Part shown: piece after piece, positions 1-5,914 of the stretch | How the letters are laid out: every line of letters begins with the position of its first letter | How positions within the stretch are numbered: the first letter of the stretch is position 1 | Assembly: GCA_937968065.1 (NCBI GenBank) | Contig: CALBUD010000085.1 | Span: forward strand, 1 to 8,923 | Length of the DNA: 8,923 nucleotides | Direction: 5' to 3' | From: Candidatus Iainarchaeum sp. | Lineage (GTDB): Archaea > Iainarchaeota > Iainarchaeia > Iainarchaeales > CSSED10-239 | The notes under the pieces: generated by a model | What the model was told of the DNA's origin: nothing | The model's database searches: none | The model's input: the letters and a program-made list of their open reading frames with translations, nothing else | Made by a program: the position numbers and the translations under genes

Positions 1-22
1 AATATTTAAATAATGATAAATT

Positions 23-2953
23 ATGTCTGTTGAAAAATATAAAGCAACTGAAAAAAAAGATTTCTTTGAAGATATGGATAAATATAGAAGAACAGTTGTA
101 AATGAAGATACTATTAAAGATATTGAAGAAAAGATAAAAAAATCTAAAAAAAACCATCTTTTAGAAGATGTTGAAGAAGAAAAAGAAGAAGATTTAGAAA
201 AAGAACAAGAAGAATCTTATGAAAATACAAAAAACTATGATTTAGAAGATGAAGAAAAAGAAGAAGAAAAAGAAGAACAAGAAAAAGATTTAGAAGAAGA
301 AAAAGAAGAAGATCTAGAAAAAGCTTATGAAGATGCAGAAAACTATGATTTAGAAGATGAAGAAAAAGAAGAAGATATTGAAGAAGTTGATAAAATAGAT
401 TTTACTTCAAAAAAAAACAAAGAAGAAATTATAAAAGAAAAACAAGATGTTGATAAAGACATAGAAGAAACTATTGAAAAACATAAAAAAGAAGATTTAG
501 AAAAAACATTAAAAGATGAACATATAAAACCACAACTTAAATTTTTAAAAGATTTAGAAGACCCTAATGTTGTTTATTTAGGAAGGAAAAAATCAGTTTT
601 AAAACAATATGGTAAAACAGCATCAGCATACATAGGAAAAGTTGCAGAAAACCAACAGAAAGGAAAACAAGTACACATAGATGGCCTTAATCCGCATGTT
701 ATCTTCTTAGATGGTGCTAGAGGAACAGGAAAGAGTTATCTTTTAGGAGTAATTGCAGAAGAACTTGCAAGAACAAACCAATATATAGGACAAATAGTGA
801 TTGATCCTGTTGGTGTCTTTTGGTCAATGAAATTTCCAAACAAAGATTCAAAAGAATTAAAATTATTAGAAGAATGGGGTCTTAAAGCAGAAGGTCTTAA
901 AAACTTAAAAGTTTTTGTTCCTGAAGGTATAAAATCTCAAGTTTCAAAAGATACTTATGATGATACTTTTTCAATGTATCCTTCTCTTTTAACAACAGAA
1001 GATTGGTGTTTAACTTTCGGTATTGAAAGATTTTCTCCATCAGGTCTTCTTTTAGAAAAAACATTAGAATCTGTTAAAAAAGGATATATGACTGGTGGAA
1101 CAAAAGAAGTTCCTGATATTAAAAAAATACATGGAAAAGGAAATCAATATACTTTAGAAGATATTATTAATTCTCTTCAAAATAATTCAGAATTTCAATC
1201 TTCTCAAAAAGGATATAAACCAGATTCAATAAGAGCTTTAGTTTCAAGATTTGAAGCTGCAAGATCTTGGGGTATTTTTTCAGATTCTGGAACTCCTTTA
1301 TCTAAACTTTCAAGAGAAAATCAATTAACTGTTTTAGATACTTCTTTTTTAGATGAAAACATAACTGCTCTTGTTATTGGTATTTTAGCAAGAAGAATAC
1401 TTTCTGCAAGAAAACTTCTTGCAAGACAAGAAGCTGCTTCAAAATTTAAAGAAAATGATCAAAAAGCAGAAGAACTTTTAGAAATTGAAATTCCACCAAC
1501 CTGGATGTATATAGATGAAGCGCATACTTTAATTCCTTCTGGAAATTCACAAACACCAGCAACAGCAGGAATAATTGAATATGTAAAACAAGGAAGAAGA
1601 CCAGGTTGTTCTTTAGTTTTTGCAACTCAACAACCTTCTGCAATAAATACAAAAGTTTTATCTCAAGTAGATATATTAATCTCAAATAAATTAGTGTTTA
1701 ATGATGATATTTCTGCAATACAAAAAAGAATGCCTGCAATTATTCCAAAACAATATAAAGAACCTAATTTTATTAAAACTTTACCATTTGCAACTGCTCT
1801 TGTAGGAGATAGATCTGAAGAAACATCCAGAGCATTTATTTTAAAAGCTGCTCCAAGAAGATCTCAACATGAAGGACGTGATGCTGAAACTATAAGAGAA
1901 GTTCCAAAGAAAAATAAATCTGAAGTTTTACAAATAGCATTTAACTTAATTTATCCAAAATTAGAAAAATCTAAACAAATTAAAACAAATTTTGCAAAAG
2001 ATATTTTAGATGTTATAAATATAAAGTATAGAGCTGATGTTTATTGGGATGAGATTTTAGAAAAATTATTTGAAAAACAAGTTATCTTAGAAGAAAATAT
2101 TTTATATTTAAATAAAAGTTATTTAGATAAAAAAGAAGAATTAATTAAATCTGAAGTTATTGAAGAAGAAGAGAGTTTTGATGAAATAAAAGAAGAAGTT
2201 GAAAGCATATCTTCTCCAATTACAAAAATAAAAACAAGAACAGTACTCTCTGAAAGAATAAATCGTTTAAATATTGAAGAAATTGCAAAGTCAAATATTA
2301 AAAAACAATTTATTATATTTAAACCAAAAGAAGAAATACAAACTATTGTTTTAAAGTATCGTGCAATTTACAAGATGTCTTATAATTTTTTTGAAAATGA
2401 AAATGATTTTAAGAAATGCACTTGTTTTATAGATTCTTATACTGGAGAGTTTATACATTTCATTAATTCTGAATTTAAGATATCAAAAGGTCTTAAAAAT
2501 ATAAGTGACTTAGACGATATTGATTTAGATTTATTATATCTTTTATCAAAACAACAAACTATTTTTTCTTTAAATCAAGAAACAGATCTTGATGAAAAAG
2601 AAATTTTAAAAAGAATTAATAATTTTAAAGAACTTAAACTAATAACTAACAAAGAAAGTAATAATAGAGAAATCTATAAACTTTCTGAAAATTTCGATAT
2701 TCCATTTAACCCAAATCATAGATTATTATCCTCTATTGATATTTTGCCTTTAAAGAAAAAAGATGTAGAGTTTTATGAAGATCATAATTATTCTATTTTA
2801 GATATTCAAGAAAAATTAAAAAAATTATGGAAAGCAATAGAATTTTTATCAACTGAAGAGATTTATTGGCCAATTTGGAATGTCACTTATATAGATAATA
2901 AAAATAATTTAAGAATATTAAAAATTGATGCAATAACAGGAAAAGAGATGTAG
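23..2953 (+). CDS. HerA/FtsK-superfamily (DUF87-like) P-loop ATPase with hyper-acidic N-terminal tail and ~350-aa C-terminal extension of unknown function
   Basis: 976-aa ORF with ATG at 23 and an in-frame TAA at 17-19 just upstream. Walker A GARGTGKS (nt 713-736, aa 231-238) follows a DUF87-type lead-in (VHIDGLNPHVIFLDG). Walker B WMYIDEAH is at nt 1502-1525. The HerA-like post-Walker-B block GRRPGCSLVFATQQPSAINTKVLSQVDILISNKL starts at nt 1592. An Arg-rich segment RRSQHEGRD lies at nt 1856-1882. No transmembrane segment and no room for a HAS-barrel. The family call comes from motif recognition, not a search. Confidence 0.8.
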   Translation: MSVEKYKATEKKDFFEDMDKYRRTVVNEDTIKDIEEKIKKSKKNHLLEDVEEEKEEDLEKEQEESYENTKNYDLEDEEKEEEKEEQEKDLEEEKEEDLEKAYEDAENYDLEDEEKEEDIEEVDKIDFTSKKNKEEIIKEKQDVDKDIEETIEKHKKEDLEKTLKDEHIKPQLKFLKDLEDPNVVYLGRKKSVLKQYGKTASAYIGKVAENQQKGKQVHIDGLNPHVIFLDGARGTGKSYLLGVIAEELARTNQYIGQIVIDPVGVFWSMKFPNKDSKELKLLEEWGLKAEGLKNLKVFVPEGIKSQVSKDTYDDTFSMYPSLLTTEDWCLTFGIERFSPSGLLLEKTLESVKKGYMTGGTKEVPDIKKIHGKGNQYTLEDIINSLQNNSEFQSSQKGYKPDSIRALVSRFEAARSWGIFSDSGTPLSKLSRENQLTVLDTSFLDENITALVIGILARRILSARKLLARQEAASKFKENDQKAEELLEIEIPPTWMYIDEAHTLIPSGNSQTPATAGIIEYVKQGRRPGCSLVFATQQPSAINTKVLSQVDILISNKLVFNDDISAIQKRMPAIIPKQYKEPNFIKTLPFATALVGDRSEETSRAFILKAAPRRSQHEGRDAETIREVPKKNKSEVLQIAFNLIYPKLEKSKQIKTNFAKDILDVINIKYRADVYWDEILEKLFEKQVILEENILYLNKSYLDKKEELIKSEVIEEEESFDEIKEEVESISSPITKIKTRTVLSERINRLNIEEIAKSNIKKQFIIFKPKEEIQTIVLKYRAIYKMSYNFFENENDFKKCTCFIDSYTGEFIHFINSEFKISKGLKNISDLDDIDLDLLYLLSKQQTIFSLNQETDLDEKEILKRINNFKELKLITNKESNNREIYKLSENFDIPFNPNHRLLSSIDILPLKKKDVEFYEDHNYSILDIQEKLKKLWKAIEFLSTEEIYWPIWNVTYIDNKNNLRILKIDAITGKEM
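173..374 (+). repeat. In-frame imperfect tandem duplication (~120-nt period) inside the acidic tail of the ATPase gene
   Basis: Unit A is 173-266 and unit B is 293-374. The first 31 nt (173-203 vs 293-323) differ at one base. The last 34 nt (233-266 vs 341-374) are identical. The middle differs by a 12-nt (4-codon) indel. Protein units: EEEKEEDLEKEQEESYENTKNYDLEDEEKEE vs EEEKEEDLEKAYEDAENYDLEDEEKEE. Confidence 0.85.
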
Positions 2954-2958
2954 TTATT

Positions 2959-3600
2959 ATGCCTTCTAAAAAACCAACTTTAAAAAAACCAATTTCTAAA
3001 AAATCATCCTCAAAATTAGATGCTATAGATAAAACACATAATATTTTAAAAACTCTTGAAAAAAAATACCCTAAACAACTATTTTCAAATGATTTAACTA
3101 TAGGTAATATTAATCTTCTTACATTAAAGTTTAGAAAAGAACCTGAATTTTTTAATAAAGTTAAATCTTCTATTAAAGATAAAAAATTTAATTTTAAAAA
3201 ATTAATTGAATCTTTAAAAAGAGAACAAGAGCATACTAATAAATTAAATATAGAGCAAAGAATTAAGCAATCAATGTTATTAACAGATGTTGAAAAAAAA
3301 TCATTTTCAAATTATTTAATTAAAAATAAAATTAAACCAGAATTTGCAGAAAAGACAGTAGATTTACTATCTAATAATTATACCAAAAAAGAAATTAGAG
3401 AAATTGTGGTGTCTTTTTCAAAAGTTTTTAATTTTTTACATCCTTCACAAAGAGATAGATTTTATAGAAAAACTTTTTATGAACTTAAGAAAACAAATAA
3501 TAATTATATTCAAATAATTACAAGACTTGCAAGTAATAAAATTAGTGAAAAACAAAGAAATTATTTCTTTAAAACTCTTTTTCCAAATTATAAAAAATAA
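2959..3600 (+). CDS. Hypothetical strongly basic Lys-rich protein (213 aa), probable operon partner of the upstream ATPase
   Basis: ATG lies 5 nt after the ATPase TAG stop, on the same strand. By hand count it has about 50 K+R vs about 21 D+E. The N-terminus is PSKKPTLKKPISKKSSSK. No TM segment, no signal peptide and no motif I recognise. The coding call rests on ORF length, tight coupling and codon usage consistent with the neighbours. Confidence 0.7.
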   Translation: MPSKKPTLKKPISKKSSSKLDAIDKTHNILKTLEKKYPKQLFSNDLTIGNINLLTLKFRKEPEFFNKVKSSIKDKKFNFKKLIESLKREQEHTNKLNIEQRIKQSMLLTDVEKKSFSNYLIKNKIKPEFAEKTVDLLSNNYTKKEIREIVVSFSKVFNFLHPSQRDRFYRKTFYELKKTNNNYIQIITRLASNKISEKQRNYFFKTLFPNYKK

Positions 3601-4418
3601 GTAAGGATATAAATAATTCCTAATATAAAACAAAAATAGGAAAAATTTATATTTTTTGCAAATTTAATTAAAAGATCTATAGTTATATACCCTACAAAGA
3701 AAGAAACAATTATAGATATTAATATTAAGGGAGAGAAGAAAAAACCATTAAATATTAAAAGAGCAATTTCTCCAATTAAAATAGTTGGTATTGAAAGTAG
3801 AAAACTTATTCTAAAAGCATTTTCTGGATTAAAACCTCTGAAGAGTAAAAGTGAAGTTGTAAGTCCACTTCTACTAAGCCCAGGAATTATTGAAAAACCT
3901 TGAAAAACACCTAAAAGAAAAGAATTTTTAATTGAAAAGTTTGGTTTTTTAGAAATTATATTTCTTGAAAAGAATATTAAAAGACCAGTTATTATAAGTA
4001 ATAAACCAATTATAAAATTAACAATCAATATATTTTTAATATTTTGAATATAATTATTTATTAAAAAATATAAAGGAGCAGATATTATTAATGTAACAAT
4101 TACTGCAATTAATAAAAATCTAAATAAATTAAATTTTTTTTCTTTTAAATCATTTTTAGTAAATATTTTAAAATTATATTTTTTTAATAATAAAAAATTA
4201 TTTAAAGATAATAAAGACGCTAATTTTTTTCTAAAATAAACTATTGCTGCAAGTAATGTTCCTATATGCAAAAAAATAGAATAATTTAAACTTAACAGAG
4301 GTGTTATATTTAAAACATTTGATAAATAAATAACAAGTCCTCCTTGAGAACTTATTGGAAGCCATTCTATAACACCTTGTATAACACCTAAAAGAATATA
4401 ATTAATAATTTCATTCAT
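3588..4418 (-). CDS. uppP: Undecaprenyl-diphosphate phosphatase (UppP/BacA family)
   Basis: 276-aa polytopic membrane protein. Both family signature blocks are present: GVIQGVIEWLPISSQGG (aa 11-27, cf. E. coli BacA VEGLTEFLPVSSTGH) and FQGFSIIPGLSRSGLTTS (aa 172-189; PGLSRSG at nt 3864-3884, cf. PGFSRSGATIS). Length is typical for the family. Confidence 0.9.
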   Translation of the reverse strand: MNEIINYILLGVIQGVIEWLPISSQGGLVIYLSNVLNITPLLSLNYSIFLHIGTLLAAIVYFRKKLASLLSLNNFLLLKKYNFKIFTKNDLKEKKFNLFRFLLIAVIVTLIISAPLYFLINNYIQNIKNILIVNFIIGLLLIITGLLIFFSRNIISKKPNFSIKNSFLLGVFQGFSIIPGLSRSGLTTSLLLFRGFNPENAFRISFLLSIPTILIGEIALLIFNGFFFSPLILISIIVSFFVGYITIDLLIKFAKNINFSYFCFILGIIYILTYFL

Positions 4419-4539
4419 CTTAAATAATAATATAACCAGTTTATTTTTAAAAAGATAAGTATTTGTAAAAAAAGTTATAAAATGAAAGAATTTTTAAATA
4501 TTCACAGTTAAGTATATTTATAATTAGATAGGTTTTAAG
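4419..4539. promoter_or_regulatory. Divergent promoter region between uppP (-) and the DUF457 gene (+)
   Basis: This 121-nt intergenic spacer is the only non-coding DNA between two divergently oriented genes. TATA-like runs occur at about 4441-4454 (minus-strand reading ctttttaaaaataa, about 30 nt upstream of the uppP ATG) and at 4491-4500 and 4513-4523 upstream of the 4540 ATG. No clear Shine-Dalgarno. TATA-like strings are frequent by chance in DNA this AT-rich. Confidence 0.35.
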
Positions 4540-4968
4540 ATGAATAAATTAGGACATGTATTATTTTCAACATTAATTTTTATTTTTATATATGTAGTTA
4601 TATCTAATAATTTAGAAATTGATATTTCAAAAGTATTAATTGCTTATTTTATATTTATAATTTATTCTTTAATTCCAGATTTAGATAAAAACAATTCTTG
4701 GATAAGAAAACAGTTCAATACAATTGTAATATTGTTAATCCTTTTCTTTACTGTTTTAAGTATTGTAAATAATGATAAAACAGCAATGTTAATTGCAGGA
4801 ATATTAATCTCTGTTATTATGTTTTTAACAGTTGTAAAACATAGAGGTCCAGTGCACTCTTTATCTTTTGGAATTATAGCATCTGCACCTTTGTTATTTA
4901 TAGATCCTTTTTTCTTTTTTGTAGGCGTTATAGGTGTTTTAACACATCTTCTTGCAGATATGATTTAA
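4540..4968 (+). CDS. DUF457 / YdjM-like membrane-bound putative metal-dependent hydrolase (short form)
   Basis: 142-aa hydrophobic protein. It carries the ordered DUF457 motifs seen in E. coli YdjM: N-terminal GHVLFS (GHLLFS), LIPDLDKNNS (LLPDIDHPKS), KHRGPVHSLSFG (GHRGFTHSL) and LTHLLADMI (LSHILADML). The protein ends directly after the last motif. Confidence 0.75.
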   Translation: MNKLGHVLFSTLIFIFIYVVISNNLEIDISKVLIAYFIFIIYSLIPDLDKNNSWIRKQFNTIVILLILFFTVLSIVNNDKTAMLIAGILISVIMFLTVVKHRGPVHSLSFGIIASAPLLFIDPFFFFVGVIGVLTHLLADMI

Positions 4969-5834
4969 TTTTTAATAAGATTTAGTTTAATTAAAAGAAT
5001 TTTTAAAAAATTTTCTTTTTCAATAATTTCTTCTTCTTCAATAATTTCGGGTTCTAGTTTTTCTTCAGGTTCCATATAATTAACTGTTATTGTTCTTATC
5101 TTATGAACATCATCTTTATTAAATGCATAACAATTAATATAATATTTACTTAAAAAATTATTAATATCAGAATCAGGAAAAACCTCTAAAGAAAATTCGT
5201 TATTATTTATATATCTTAAATCTAAAATTAAATCTTCTTTATCAATAAAGCATTTAATATCATATAAAAGATTATAATCAACATGATTTTTTATAGTTAT
5301 TAAATCTTTGTCAAATTTATTTAAAAGAATCATCTTATCTCTTGAAAGAGAATATCCTTTATAATCTGGAACTTTATTTATAGGACTATCTATAAAATCA
5401 TATTCTGAATTATTTGAAACTAAATCTAAATAAATATGTTGTGAATCTATAAGGTTATTAAAAACATCATAAATATTTACTTTTATTTTTAACTTTATCT
5501 TTTGATCTATAAAATTTAAACCTCTAATATTTAAAAAAAAATTAGAATTTACTTTAGATATAAAATATTCTTCTTTTTTTGAAAGACTTAAATCTATTTG
5601 ATTAAGATTATTTGAATAAACTGTTAAATCATACTCAGCTCTCATAAAATTTTGATAAGTTGCAAAATAATCTGTATCTAATCTAAAGTTTATTGTTTTA
5701 TTTATATTTTTTGAAATATAAAATTTGTTTTCTTTAACATCACTTGCAGTTTCTAAAAATATATTTGCTTGTGAAAATATATTTGGAATTATCAATATTA
5801 TTGCTAAAATCAAAAGTATTTTTTTATAATTCAT
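4965..5834 (-). CDS. Secreted or surface hypothetical protein with N-terminal signal peptide or anchor
   Basis: 289-aa ORF. The N-terminus MNYKKILLILAIILIIPNIFSQA has the n-region, h-region and small-residue pattern of a signal peptide. The body is Asn/Tyr/Ile-rich with alternating beta-like patterns. The C-terminus has an acidic stretch PEEKLEPEIIEEEEIIEKE followed by an amphipathic tail. No family recognised. Confidence 0.7.
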   Translation of the reverse strand: MNYKKILLILAIILIIPNIFSQANIFLETASDVKENKFYISKNINKTINFRLDTDYFATYQNFMRAEYDLTVYSNNLNQIDLSLSKKEEYFISKVNSNFFLNIRGLNFIDQKIKLKIKVNIYDVFNNLIDSQHIYLDLVSNNSEYDFIDSPINKVPDYKGYSLSRDKMILLNKFDKDLITIKNHVDYNLLYDIKCFIDKEDLILDLRYINNNEFSLEVFPDSDINNFLSKYYINCYAFNKDDVHKIRTITVNYMEPEEKLEPEIIEEEEIIEKENFLKILLIKLNLIKN

Positions 5835-5914
5835 AACTGTTCACTATATAATTATAGTCAATTAACCTTTATAAATATATTGATTTTATAAACTTAAGCA
5901 TACATATATAAATT
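5835..5914. promoter_or_regulatory. Divergent promoter region between the secreted-protein gene (-) and the DUF1846 gene (+)
   Basis: 80-nt spacer between divergent genes. The string ttttataaa at 5884-5892 is centred about 27 nt upstream of the 5915 ATG, the spacing expected for an archaeal TATA box on a leaderless mRNA. The near-palindromic tttataaa at 5868-5875 could serve the minus-strand gene. No Shine-Dalgarno precedes 5915. The high-AT background makes this weak evidence. Confidence 0.35.

Noticed and set aside
173-374. GAA/AAA-rich repeated block as a possible CRISPR array or non-coding satellite
   Set aside because: There are only two imperfect units. They have no spacer-repeat architecture, are fully in frame within a long ORF, and differ by a 12-nt (4-codon) indel. 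This is a coding tandem duplication.
51-417. Homopolymeric A tracts in the first 420 nt of the ATPase gene (A8 at 51-58, A8 at 146-153, A9 at 409-417) as possible slipped-strand phase-variation switches
   Set aside because: They all encode in-frame Lys-Lys(-Lys) runs in a Lys-rich protein from a genome that strongly prefers AAA. Such tracts are expected by composition. There is no evidence of a frameshifted variant in this single sequence. Read-level length heterogeneity would be needed to revive the idea.
1446-1685. 79-aa minus-strand ORF (MRLIYLLEIKLLYLLQ...)
   Set aside because: It lies entirely inside the well-supported ATPase CDS, across the Walker B and GRRPG blocks. Its Leu/Phe-rich low-complexity sequence is what antisense translation of E/K/Q-rich AT-biased codons produces. 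It has no independent start context.
23-3600. Canonical HerA-NurA (Mre11-Rad50) DNA end-resection operon
   Set aside because: There is no NurA-, Mre11- or Rad50-like gene adjacent. The downstream 213-aa protein is Lys-rich with no Asp-rich nuclease motifs and is too short for NurA. The ATPase lacks room for a HAS-barrel and carries atypical extensions.
3445-3633. 62-aa minus-strand ORF overlapping the ORF2 3' end and the uppP 3' end
   Set aside because: It overlaps two better-supported genes, one of which (uppP) is on the same strand in another frame. The sequence is short and low-complexity with no recognisable motif, so it is most likely a chance ORF in AT-rich DNA.
4482-4511. 9-codon mini-ORF (MKEFLNIHS) in the uppP/DUF457 intergenic region as a possible upstream regulatory ORF
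   Set aside because: It is too short to evaluate, sits in DNA where ATG...TAA strings arise by chance, and has no supporting ribosome-binding or conservation evidence.
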